DNA of 64,000 nt, taken from assembly GCA_000092065.1 (NCBI GenBank), contig CP000593.1; one strand, written 5' to 3'. The stretch comes from Ostreococcus lucimarinus. Lineage: Eukaryota. The notes beneath the pieces were generated by a model, which made no database searches, was not told the DNA's origin, and worked only from the letters and a program-made list of their open reading frames with translations. Both the position numbers and the translations under genes were made by a program. Below are positions 9,793-19,900 of the stretch, one piece after another (the first letter of the stretch is position 1; each line of letters opens with the position of its first letter).

Positions 9793-10221
9793 ATGGCGAC
9801 GCCGCGCGCGATGACGATGACGCGCTCGCGCGCGCTCGTCGCGACGCGCGTGACGACGCGAAGAGGGACGGCGACGACGCGACGCGCGCGCGCGACGCGC
9901 CCGAAGATCGAAAGCCTCGGTGGGTTCGGGCCGAACATCGACGCGAAGGAGATTCAACGACGCATGGCGGAGAAGCAGCGAAAGATCGACGAGAACAAGC
10001 GCAAGGCGCGGGGCGCGAAGGAGGCGTCGACCGCGTTCGGGGCGCGAAGGGAGTTTCAGAGGACGATCTCGAGCGCGAGACCGTCGCGCGCGGGACGGAC
10101 GATGCCGGGGGGCGGCGTCGCCGCGGGGACGACGTCGAGCAAGACGAAGACGACGAGCGGGAAGGGCGGGAAGGGCGGGAAGGAGGAGGCGCCGAAGAAG
10201 AAACTGTTCGGATTGTTTTGA
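9793..10221 (+). CDS. Candidate small basic protein with a T/R-rich presequence (hypothetical)
   Basis: ATG at 9793. The mature part (KIESLGGFGPNIDAKEIQRRMAEKQRKIDENKRKARGAKEAS...KKKLFGLF) is not low-complexity GC junk. Lies upstream of and divergent from the big membrane gene. Confidence 0.3.
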   Translation: MATPRAMTMTRSRALVATRVTTRRGTATTRRARATRPKIESLGGFGPNIDAKEIQRRMAEKQRKIDENKRKARGAKEASTAFGARREFQRTISSARPSRAGRTMPGGGVAAGTTSSKTKTTSGKGGKGGKEEAPKKKLFGLF

Positions 10222-10495
10222 GCGACGACGACGGGCGCGAGTTTGTAACGAACGAGTCATTCTAATCGCTCGCGAGTCGACGCGACGACGCGAATGCGCG
10301 CGCGCGTCGACGCCACAATTCGACGACGTCTCGACGCGACGTCTCGACGCGATCGCGCGATCGCGATCGGTCGACGGCGAGAACGCGACGACGGCGCGAT
10401 CGCCGACGCGCGATCGGGCGTGAGTCGTCGCGACGGGCGCGCGGGGCGACGACGACCGACAACACGTGGCGCGATCGACGGTCGACGACGACGCG

Positions 10496-11378
10496 ATGAG
10501 CGCGCAGGCGACGCGAGATCAGCTGCGGACGGCGTTCGCGGAGTTAGAGTGCGTCGCGCGATGCGATGGGATGGGATTCGAGCGACGCGAGCGACGCGAC
10601 GAGACGGAATACGCGCGAGGGACGGGACTGACGGAGCGAGCTCGCGACGCGTCGGCGCAGGGACGGATTCAAGCGTAAGGACGTTCTCGAGAGCCGCGAG
10701 ACGTCGGTGTCGAGCGGACACTTGAAAAAGTTGACCAATAAAATGGCGGAGAGTAAAAAGCTGATCAAGGAGTTTGAGAGACGGGCGCTGAGCGAAGGGG
10801 CCATGGACGCGAACGCGTTGGCGGCGGCGAAGAAGGAATACGTGTCGAGGTTGAACAAGTTTGTGCAGATGAAGAAGGAGGCGCAGATTGCGATCGCGGA
10901 GAAACAAGAAGAGAGGAAGAGCGAGGTTGGTAGTCAGGGCGGGGAAGCGAGCACGTCGGGAGGGGTGACGACGTCGACGACGGCTACGTCGACGGCGTTT
11001 ACGTTGCCGGCGTTCCGGCCAAAGCCAAAGGGGGAGATTGTAGAGGATGAGCAGTTGCAACTCATGGAGGCTGGGGATTTGATTGATCACGGTAGGAACG
11101 TCATGGACCAAACGGATAAGAGCATCATGCGAAGCGAAGCGGTGGTTGAGGAGACGATTCAAATAGGGACGCAAACCGCCGAGGCGTTGCGCGGGCAGAC
11201 AAAACAACTGGAGAAAATCGTAGATGATCTCGATGAAATCCACTTTTCGTTGAAAAAGTCGTTTGGCGTGCTGAAGGACATCACCCGTGGGTTAGCGACG
11301 GATAAGTGCATCATGCTCTTGCTCTTTTTGGTCGTCGTCGGCGTAGTTGTGGTCATCATTACGAGGTTCGTGAAGTAG
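10496..11378 (+). CDS. NPSN-type Qb-SNARE (novel plant SNARE family), two exons: join(10496..10548,10661..11378)
   Basis: Exon 2 gives the SNARE motif and tail anchor (DLDEIHFSLKKSFGVLKDITRGLATDKCIMLLLFLVVVG), near-identical in pattern to plant NPSN11 (ELDSIHFSLKKASKLVKEIGRQVATDKCIMAFLFLIVIG). The ORF-track start 10707 lacks the N-terminal helix. Exon 1 (MSAQATRDQLRTAFAEL-E) joins in frame (phase 2) across a 112-nt GTGCGT...GCGCAG intron. Confidence 0.8.
10549..10660 (+). mobile_element. Introner-like element forming the SNARE intron (112 nt)
   Basis: GTGCGTCGCGCGATG...GACGCGAGCGACGCGACGAGACGG...GGGACTGACGGAGCGAGC...GTCGGCGCAG. Shares the donor, the CGACG repeats, the GGGACTGACGG box and the terminus with the other four introns. 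Confidence 0.75.
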
Positions 11379-11608
11379 CGCGTATCTAAATAAAAGAAGT
11401 TTCGCATCTTAAACATCGCGCGTCTACTTCATCGTCATCAGTTTAATTGCTGAAATTAAAAATTGGATATTCTTTCGCTCGGTAGCGTCGTCGTCGTCGT
11501 CGTCGTCATCTCGCAATCATCCCAGACCGCGGTTGTCATCCTTCGTCGTCGCCAGCGTCGTTTTTCCGAGCTCCATCGTTGTACAGTACAGTATGCTAGA
11601 ACATTCGT

Positions 11609-13486
11609 TTAGTTTTCGCGCATCGAATCAGGTTCAAAGTCGGCATCATCGTCGTCATCCTCTTCTGGCGCATCCGCAGCATCGACGAGCGCTCGAGACC
11701 ATCTCGCGAGATTTTCGCCGCGGTGGTCGTCGTCGCTATCGGTGCTCGCTTCGTCTTCATCGTCTTCATCCGTATCTTCTTCTTCCTCGTCATCTTCTTC
11801 GTCAAATCCCCAAGCGTCGTGTTCATCGCGCATGGGAGGGGTGCCGAGATGCACTCCACCATCACCAGCTTCGAAGACGCGCACGTGATTGTCTATACCG
11901 CAGCACACGATGGTCGGCAAGTGCGGGTGCGGCAAAACGGTGTTCACCACCTGACTGTCTGCTTGCATTTTGCACACGAGCTCGCACGTATCTTTGTGCC
12001 AGACGTATACGTTGCCATCGTCACCACCCGTCGTGACGTACTCATCGTCGCACATAAAAGCGACACCCTTTAAGAAGGTTTTCACATTTCTGCGTCCGAC
12101 GTACCTCTTCGCCGCCTGATGCGTGATCGGCATTTCCCACGGCACGGAGAACGACTTAAAAATACGTTCCTCAGAATTGATATTCGCCGCCGCTCGGCGA
12201 GTGTCCAACAGGTACACGTCGTCGCCTTTGCAGTTAATCGCGAGTTCGCCCTTGGACGAGTAAGCCAGGCCAGATATACCCTCAAAGCCCGGGCTTCGCA
12301 CGCCTCGACCGAGCTCGAGCGGACTGAGCATCATGACGCACGGAATGTCGTGATTCATCGAAGGCCGAGGCGATCTCAGAAACATCGGTTGACCCGTGGG
12401 CGACGTGCTCGGACTCGGTGCCGCTGGACATTCGCGCGCCGCTTCTCGCCGGTTACTCTTGACGTGTCTGAGATCAAACACGCGCACGTGAGGATCGTCC
12501 GAGCACGCGGCGAACGTCGTAGGCGCCGTCGGGTCGAACACGATTTCCGACGTCGGCCCGCACGCGCTCAAATCGACGACGATTTCGTGTGAGTTTCCTT
12601 CGAAACCACCGTGACTTTGCCTCAAGTCGAACAAACGAACGCGACCGTCTTGATGGCACGACAAAAACGTATTCGGTTCGTTCGGCACGAACGTCATGCC
12701 GAACCCCATCCCCGCGCCTCGACCGTGCCAGAGCGAGCGACTGCACTCGGAATTCGGTTGATTCGCCCCGCGCAGGCGATAACCGTAATGCGCGGGCGCG
12801 GGCCCTCGAAACCCACGCTCTAAATCCACCAACCGCACGTCTCCATCCGCGGACGTCGTGACGCAGTACGCGCTGTTCGATTGCGGCACGAATTCGCTCG
12901 CGAAGACGTTGTGCGTGTGCCCCGTGAACGCCGACCCCTTCAGCGGCATCTTCGCCCCGCACCCCCACACGCACACCGTCATATCATCGCTCCCAGAGAT
13001 CAACAGCGACGCATCGTCGTTCCAACTCACGCAATTCACGCACCCACCGTGCTTCTCCAGCGTCTCCCTCAGCCTCAATTCCTCCACGAAGCGCTTATTC
13101 GAGCACCGCAGCGCCGTCGCCCCCGTCTTCGCGCTCGCCGCGCCTCCCCGTCGCTCCCCGATCTGCCGCTCTCTGCACCACTGCCGTCGCTGCGCGTCGG
13201 CGAATATATTTCGACTCCGTCGCGCGAATCCTCCCGCGCCGTCCTCGTCCATCCGCGTCGTTCGCGTCGTCGTCGCCGCCCCGTCGTCGCGCGCCGCCTC
13301 CGCGCCTCGTCCCGCGCCGTCTTCGTCCTCGTCCCGCGCCGTCTTCGTCCGCGCTCTGGCGCGCGCGCTTCTCGCGCCGTCGTCCATCGACGTTCGCCTC
13401 GTCGCCTCGTCCCGTCGTCCCGTCGTCCCGTCGTCGCGCGTCGTCGCGCGTCCGTCCGTCCGTCCGTCCGTCCGTCCGTCAACCAC
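11609..13486 (-). CDS. WD40-repeat DDB1-CUL4 associated factor (DCAF8/WDTC1-like) with an acidic C-terminal tail
   Basis: ETLEKHGGCVNCVSWNDDASLLISGSDDMTVCVWG...FTGHTHNVFASEFVPQSNSAYCVTTSADGDVRLVDL parallels DCAF8 ([31 protein letters not shown]). Multiple WD repeats. The start is uncertain: the N-terminal ~80 aa are Arg/Asp-rich and include the translated (GTCC)n. Confidence 0.8.
   Translation of the reverse strand: MVDGRTDGRTDGRATTRDDGTTGRRDEATRRTSMDDGARSARARARTKTARDEDEDGAGRGAEAARDDGAATTTRTTRMDEDGAGGFARRSRNIFADAQRRQWCRERQIGERRGGAASAKTGATALRCSNKRFVEELRLRETLEKHGGCVNCVSWNDDASLLISGSDDMTVCVWGCGAKMPLKGSAFTGHTHNVFASEFVPQSNSAYCVTTSADGDVRLVDLERGFRGPAPAHYGYRLRGANQPNSECSRSLWHGRGAGMGFGMTFVPNEPNTFLSCHQDGRVRLFDLRQSHGGFEGNSHEIVVDLSACGPTSEIVFDPTAPTTFAACSDDPHVRVFDLRHVKSNRREAARECPAAPSPSTSPTGQPMFLRSPRPSMNHDIPCVMMLSPLELGRGVRSPGFEGISGLAYSSKGELAINCKGDDVYLLDTRRAAANINSEERIFKSFSVPWEMPITHQAAKRYVGRRNVKTFLKGVAFMCDDEYVTTGGDDGNVYVWHKDTCELVCKMQADSQVVNTVLPHPHLPTIVCCGIDNHVRVFEAGDGGVHLGTPPMRDEHDAWGFDEEDDEEEEDTDEDDEDEASTDSDDDHRGENLARWSRALVDAADAPEEDDDDDADFEPDSMREN
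13446..13474. repeat. (GTCC)n microsatellite
   Basis: gtccgtccgtccgtccgtccgtccgtc. Confidence 0.9.
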
Positions 13487-13678
13487 CGCGTCCGTCGCCC
13501 CGTCGGTCCTTCGTCGGTCGCCTCGCGTCGCGCCTCGCGTCGCGGCCGACGGTCCGCGTCAGCGCGCGCGTCGCGATCGCCCGGCCGACGCGCGCCGCCG
13601 ACTGCCGCGCGTCGCGCGCGTCCGCGTCCGCGTCGCGCGCGCTGACGCGGCCCGTCGGCCGGCGACCGCGCTGGACGT

Positions 13679-13800
13679 CGCCACACGAGGGTGTTTTTCG
13701 TCCGGGATCGCCATACGAGGGTATTTTTCGTCCGGGATCGCCACACGAGGGTGTTTTTCGTCCGTCCGGGATCGCCATACGAGGGTTGTTTTTCGTCGAG
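13679..13800. repeat. Tandem ~30-bp minisatellite (about 4 copies of CGCCAYACGAGGGTRTTTTTCGTCCGGGAT) in a bidirectional promoter
   Basis: Direct repeats are visible in the sequence. They sit between the divergent DCAF-like gene (minus strand) and Brf1 (plus strand, ATG 13923). The region is relatively T-rich in a GC-rich context. Confidence 0.85.
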
Positions 13801-13922
13801 TCGGCGCGGGACGATTGGGCGACGAGGATTGGGCTCGCGACGCGCGACGACGGGAGAGGACGGCGCGGTGCGCGCGGGACGCGAGGTGCGCGAGGTGCGC
13901 GAGGTGCGCGGTGCGGCGCGCG

Positions 13923-16199
13923 ATGGTGCACCGGTGGTGCGAGACGTGCGGGAAACGGGTCGCGGCGGAGACGAACGAGGCGAACGGGTTCACGTGCTGC
14001 ACGACGTGCGGGAAGATTTTAGACGAGCGCGCGGCGTTCAGCGCGGACGCGACGTTCGTGAAGAACGCGCAGGGAGCGTCCGTGCCGGATGGACACTACG
14101 TGCCGGAGAGCGGGGTGGCGCACGGGGTGATACGGGCGACGCGAGGCGGAAGACTGTACGGCGTGCAGTTGGACTCGCACGAGCGCACGCTGTATCGAGG
14201 GAAGCTGGAGATTAAACAGTTGGCGGATCGGTTGGGGATACGACCGAGGGAGGACGTCGTGGACGCGGCGCATCGGCTGTATAAGCTCGCGGTGCAGAGA
14301 AATTTTACGCGAGGGCGAAGGATTTCGCAAGTGGCGGGGGCGTGCATGTACATCATCTGTCGACAGGAATCGAGACCGTACATGTTGATTGATTTCGCGG
14401 ATATTTTACAGACGAACGTGTACGTTTTGGGGGGCGTGTTCTTACAGTTGTGTCGGTTGTTGCGACTGGAGCAGCATCCGCTCATGCAAAAGCCGATCGA
14501 TCCGAGTCTGTTCATTCATCGATTCGCGGACAAGTTGAACTTGGGACGACGGATGCACACCGTGGCGAACACGGCGCTGCGGCTCGTGGCGTCCATGAAG
14601 CGGGATTGGATGCAGACTGGTCGTCGTCCGAATGGAATTTGTGGTGCCGCGTTGTGGGTCGCCGCTCAAATTCATGGATTCAGTCCGAGCAAGCGCGATG
14701 TCGTGGCTGTGGTGCACGTCGGCGAATCGACGCTGAAGAAGCGTCTGAGCGAATTCGAAAACACGCCGAGCGCGGCGCTGTCGATCGAGGAGTTTGACAC
14801 GCAAGCTCGCACGTTTGAGGCTGAAGAAGAAGCGAATAAAAACACAAAATCGCTAGCGTCGAGCCCAATGTCGGTGCTGAGCTGTGTGCACAAAGACAAC
14901 GAAAACATTCCGCACTTTGCGCACGGAATGTGTCGCGCGTGTTACGTGGATTACGTTAGAATTTCGGGGGGTTCGGTGGGAGGCGCCGATCCGCCCGCGT
15001 TCATGCGCGCAGAAGCGAAGCGGAAAATCGATGCAAAACAAAAGCTTTTGTTGCCCGCGCTGTCGTCGGGCGAATTGGGAGACGAAGACGCGTTGACGCA
15101 AGAATTTAACTCGGCGCTCGAGCAAGACTTGAGCGCGCTGCTCGCGTCGCCTACGCCGTTGAATTCAGTTCAGCCCTTGGCCTTACCTTGCTCGTCGAAA
15201 CGCGCGACTTCGGCGAGGAATATGACGAAAAAGGGGCAAAAGCAGCAACAGCAACATCACGTTCAAACTAGTCGCCGCGAGCCGGTCGACGCTGATTTCT
15301 TGAGACGCGCCGAGGACGCCCTGCGCCTGCTCGTCGGATCTCGATGGGCCGAACTCGTTTGCTTACCGTTTACAAGCGATCTCTCCAAGGCGCGACTGTC
15401 GAAGATGCATATGTGTGAGCTCCATCCAAACTACGAAACCTTTGTGAACAACGAAGGTGAACGCATCGCGCAAGTGGACGCGCTGGTCTTACACTTTTTA
15501 ATAGCCGCGAAGTGTTTCGACGATTCAGCTCTGGCGCAGTTGGCAAAGCATTCGCCGCACGACGTCGAGGCTTTCCAAACGACGCCGTTCGATCCATCGC
15601 AAACGTCATCGAAGGCCGCGCTTGCGGTCGTTGAAAGCGACGGTCTCGTCGCCAAGGAGGATAACGAAGTCATCGATACGCTCTCGGACGTTGACGACGA
15701 TGAAATCGATTCGTACATTCACAACGAAAACGAAGTCAACCTTCGTCGTTTGGTTTGGTCTGAGATGAACAAGGAGTACTTGGAATTCCAAGCCTTGAAA
15801 GAGCAAGCCGCCAGCCGCACGAGCGCGCCGACGAAAAAGAAGCATAGAAAAGCCCCCGACACGCTGCCCGCGGAGACTCCCGCGGAAGCTGCGCGTCAAG
15901 TCTTAGCTAAAAAGAAGGGCAGCTCGAAAATCAACTACGAAGCGTTGGAAAATCTCTTCAAAGTTTCTGATGGTTCGCAGCCGCCTCCGAACTCAAAAGC
16001 GACGTCTGACGTCGAAAATGACGCTTCTCCGACAAAGTCTCCTCGCACGAGACGCGCGCGTCCCGCAGGCTTACCCTCGAGCGCTCCGATGTCGACGAAA
16101 TCAACCGCCAAGCGTCGCGGCTCGAGCGTCTCGACGCACGCGCCGTCGTCCGCGCGTCCGAGCGGTCTCGCGAAGAAGCCATCGGCGAAGAAAAAGTGA
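13923..16199 (+). CDS. BRF1: TFIIIB subunit Brf1 (TFIIB-related factor): Zn-ribbon, two cyclin folds, Brf1 homology region
   Basis: MVHRWCETCGK...FTCCTTCGKIL Zn ribbon. TFIIB cyclin repeats (RGRRISQVAGACMYIICRQESRPYMLIDFADIL). Long acidic/KR C-terminal extension. The first 355 codons of ORF 12858 are antisense shadow of the WD40 gene; the true ATG is at 13923. Confidence 0.85.
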   Translation: MVHRWCETCGKRVAAETNEANGFTCCTTCGKILDERAAFSADATFVKNAQGASVPDGHYVPESGVAHGVIRATRGGRLYGVQLDSHERTLYRGKLEIKQLADRLGIRPREDVVDAAHRLYKLAVQRNFTRGRRISQVAGACMYIICRQESRPYMLIDFADILQTNVYVLGGVFLQLCRLLRLEQHPLMQKPIDPSLFIHRFADKLNLGRRMHTVANTALRLVASMKRDWMQTGRRPNGICGAALWVAAQIHGFSPSKRDVVAVVHVGESTLKKRLSEFENTPSAALSIEEFDTQARTFEAEEEANKNTKSLASSPMSVLSCVHKDNENIPHFAHGMCRACYVDYVRISGGSVGGADPPAFMRAEAKRKIDAKQKLLLPALSSGELGDEDALTQEFNSALEQDLSALLASPTPLNSVQPLALPCSSKRATSARNMTKKGQKQQQQHHVQTSRREPVDADFLRRAEDALRLLVGSRWAELVCLPFTSDLSKARLSKMHMCELHPNYETFVNNEGERIAQVDALVLHFLIAAKCFDDSALAQLAKHSPHDVEAFQTTPFDPSQTSSKAALAVVESDGLVAKEDNEVIDTLSDVDDDEIDSYIHNENEVNLRRLVWSEMNKEYLEFQALKEQAASRTSAPTKKKHRKAPDTLPAETPAEAARQVLAKKKGSSKINYEALENLFKVSDGSQPPPNSKATSDVENDASPTKSPRTRRARPAGLPSSAPMSTKSTAKRRGSSVSTHAPSSARPSGLAKKPSAKKK

Positions 16200-16476
16200 A
16201 GCACGAGATGATCGTTCATTACCATTCCTGCACGTCGCCTCGCTCATTGTTGTTTGTATTCATCATGTACTGTACATTACATTAATTATTCGCCCACCGC
16301 CAGCCGCCAGCCGCGCCAACCGCGCCGGCGCGCTGCATTTCGCATTTCGCATTCCGCATTTCGCGTTCGTTTCATTGACGCGCGCTCAACATCGCCGTCT
16401 CATCGCCCCGAGCACCATCACGTTCACGAACGACGACGCGTAACACATCGACGAACACCACACGCCGACGCGCGCG

Positions 16477-16899
16477 ATGTCGTCCGCCAAGGTGCAGTTC
16501 ATGATCACGAACGCCATGCGCGCGATTTTGGTTGATGATTTGGATTATCTCGACGCCGAAGTCGACGTGATGCGACCCGAGATCGCGGCACAGCTCATCG
16601 AAACGCGAACGAAACGACCGTTTGGCGATCGCCCGATGCCGGAGGCGTGGAAACGAGGAGGGAACATGCCGCAGAGACGAGGGGGAGGGGCGCTGTCGAA
16701 TAATCTGGTAAAGCTGTTCCTCGCCGGCGTCTGTTGCCTGGGCGCGGCGGTGATGAGCGGGAGAGTGTCCGTGGGAACTCTTCTCGGTGGGGCGCCGCTG
16801 GGGAGGAAACCGTTGAAGAAACTTTCGAGCGAGATGAAGTCGACGAAGAAGCGGAAGAGTTCGTCGAAAAAGCGAAGAAAAAAAACGGCGGCGGCGTAA
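16477..16899 (+). CDS. Hypothetical small protein with one hydrophobic segment and a KR-rich tail
   Basis: ATG at 16477, 140 aa, LVKLFLAGVCCLGAAVMSG TM-like segment, C-terminus KKRKSSSKKRRKK. No family assigned. Confidence 0.35.
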   Translation: MSSAKVQFMITNAMRAILVDDLDYLDAEVDVMRPEIAAQLIETRTKRPFGDRPMPEAWKRGGNMPQRRGGGALSNNLVKLFLAGVCCLGAAVMSGRVSVGTLLGGAPLGRKPLKKLSSEMKSTKKRKSSSKKRRKKTAAA

Positions 16900-16949
16900 C
16901 GCGCAACGCGACTCGGGAAGGAAGTTGTTATATTAAACGTAGCATATAT

Positions 16950-19900
16950 CTAAATGTATCCTCGTCGATACGCCTGAATCGCGCCAACCATGATGAACAC
17001 GCTACCTTCACTCCAAACGTACCAGATGGCGATGATGGACCATATGATGGCTCGGCGTATGAAAGGAAGCGCGTCTTGCATCGTCGGCATGGCGGTGATG
17101 GTGTCGCGATAAGACGCGAACAAAATGTCCCTAGCGAAAATGAACAGCATGAGTTGATCCCAACCCACGGTACCGATGACGGATCCCGCGAGAATACCGA
17201 GCACCTTGTATCTAAAAGCGTCGTCCGGCATCGATACGAGTTGGAGCTTCTTGTTCAACCATGGGATGACTTCGAACGCGCACACGAAGGCGCCGATGAC
17301 CATAGACGCCATCGATCCCATGAGAGATTTGTTCTCCATCGCACCGAGCATGAACGGACGTCCTTTGTAGTTGACGAGCATGACACATACTCGCTGCACG
17401 GTGTCAACGAGGAACACGACGGTGTTCAGCAAGCACGGTTCAAAAGGCGGTCCCTGTTCCCAGAAGCTTCGCTGCGTTTCGTTCGCTGCTTTTTTAACCT
17501 CCTGACTCACCACAGCCACCTTTTCAGCAGTAGGGAAAGCAAGCTCTTCCCCAGTCACGGACTTAACAAGATGTACAGCGTAAACCATGGCGGCGAGGTG
17601 GATGACGAGTTGGCCAAAGAGGGACAAAAAGTTTGCCGGGTGGAAAATCGAGCGGAGAGGACGAACCTCGCTCAACGTGTGGACCGGTGTTGCGTACGAA
17701 AACGCAAGCCCGGCTACCGTGAGCGCGGTTCCAGCCGCCATCATTTGACTTTCGCTGTTGCGAACACCGTCCAAGTACAACACGGATAGAGAGTACGCGG
17801 AAATCAGGCAACTCAACATCAACACTTGCTGCATTTGAATGGCAGAGACGAGCGTGCATCGACCTTGACGGATGATATCAGCCGTGGCTTTAATGCTCGG
17901 GGCTCTGCTCGTGAAAGGTGCAGCCATGGAGGCGTCACCAAGCTTAACTTTCGGCACTTCCCCGTCCGTCTCTTCCAACTCTGCAAACACTTGCTGCAGC
18001 GACTGCCCAGTCCCAGCAACCTTTGATCTGGCAGCTTGTCTACGCTTTGCCTCTTGTACTAGTCGTTGCGTCGCCACTTTCATGGCGTTCAATTGAGCCC
18101 ACTTTTCTCCAGCTTCTAAGCGAACCTTCAACTCCTCTTCGTACCATTGAGTTTGAAGTACTTGTAATTCTGCACGGTCTGCCGCCTGCGCGAGCTTTTC
18201 CTTTTCCTTGTCCGCCTTTATCTTTTCGGCTTGCTCCTTGACGCGGGCCATCTTTTCGGCGAAAGTTTCCGTCTTTGTGGCAATTGTAGCGGCACCTTCC
18301 TGCTTCTTCGTGTTTGCACTACCAAATCCGCTCAACAAGGCGACGCCGACGTGCGCTTGCTTGAGTGCGCCGACATCGTTTGCGCCATCGCCGCACATCA
18401 GGGTATGTTTTCCTTGCGTCTTCAAACGTTTTAGAACTCTCTCCTTGTCGTCAGGAGACATACGAGCGTAAATGCTAATTTGATCCAGGTTATCCCAAAG
18501 TGTACCGGAAGCCGTGAGAGCGACGTTCAGGCTTTTACCGGTGACGCACAAACTGTACTCTTTCGCAAGTTCGCGAATGGATGTTTCTTCGTATGGGAAA
18601 ACTTTCATAGGCTTCATGTGCTCATCAACTCGAGCGCTCTGCCACTCCAATTTATCCAACTGGTCACGTGCTAATATCAACGCTCCATCGAGACCACCTC
18701 GAGCGATCCCAACTTCGTTACCGACGTGTAACGCCGTGAGCGTTGCGTCGCCTGTCGCCATCATCACATTATTAGAACTCGCCTGTAGTGCGTGAATGAT
18801 CTCAGCAGAGTCAGCGCGGACCTTGCAAGCGAACGCAAAAAATCCATCAAACACGAGATCTGATTCCGCTTCATCCCGAGTCAAAGGTGTGGACTGGGAG
18901 CCAACTCGAGCGCTCTCTTCGGCGCTCAATTCCTTGTGCGCCAGAGCAATCACTCTCATACCTTGCTCGGCCAAGCCGCGGTACGCGGCATCATAACCTT
19001 GCGGAACGTTCTTCAACAGTGATTTGATCATCTCTGGAGAACCCTTCACCAAAGACCATCGACTAACGGTTGAATTACTCGAGACGTCTGCAATGACGCT
19101 CATTCGCTGCAATGCTGACGCAAAGTGATTGCGCACCAAAATCTTCACAGAAGTGTTCTCAGCGCCAGTCCACGATCGAGTAATCTTATCATCAAGTTTT
19201 GGCGTTCCTAAGTGAGTGGCGGGATCGTACTTCCATTTGATTCCCAAAAGAGCAGCCTTTTCGAGAGGGTCGCCAAACGTTTTTCCGTCGATTTCAAGCA
19301 GTGCGTGACAACCACCGATGACAATGGATACGTTCTTGTCCGCTTCTACGGGTTGTTTAAGCGGAGCGCCCTTGGTCAAATCACTTAGGACTCCCTCGGC
19401 AACGAGACGGTCGCTCGTGATGGTGCCAGTCTTGTCGAATAAGCAGCAGTCCACCTTACCGGCGACGGGAACGCGGAACGGCTCTGTGCAGTAAACGGAA
19501 GCTTTCACCAAAGCAATGAGAGCCGTGTTTACCGCCATCGCTGTTTGCATCGGAAGATCCGGAGGCACAACACTTGTGACGATCATAATGCATCGCAGGA
19601 TGAGTTCATACTGACTCCGTTTCCCATCTGCAATGCCTTTGACGTAAACGTTGTAACTCGCCGCTAAAGCAAAGATGAGGAGAATGAAGAGTAAAACGAG
19701 CGTTTCCTTTGTGTCTCCAGTGACTTGCTCACTGCTAAATTCCATCATACGCATCAATTTACCTTGCGTAGACGCGAAACCCGTTTGAAGGACGTAGCAC
19801 AAGCATCCGCCATCCGGCGTGGTCACTTGGAGCGCCGACGATTCGCTTTCTGTCTTTGAGGTGTGTTGCATCAACGTCGTGCCGCTGTAGAGAATGTGTA

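Noticed and set aside
8960-10423. Stack of Arg/Ala/Pro-rich ORFs on both strands (9003..9938-, 9138..10265+, 9422..9814+, 9556..10260-, 9920..10423+)
   Set aside because: Low-complexity translations of CG-rich spacer and 5' regions in every frame. No domain motifs. They are mutually overlapping, which is typical high-GC shadow ORFs. Only the 9793..10221 frame looks coding-like.
12858-13922. First 355 codons of the 1113-aa ORF 12858..16199
   Set aside because: Antisense or out-of-frame shadow of the minus-strand WD40 gene plus translated promoter repeats. The TFIIB-type zinc ribbon begins exactly at ATG 13923.
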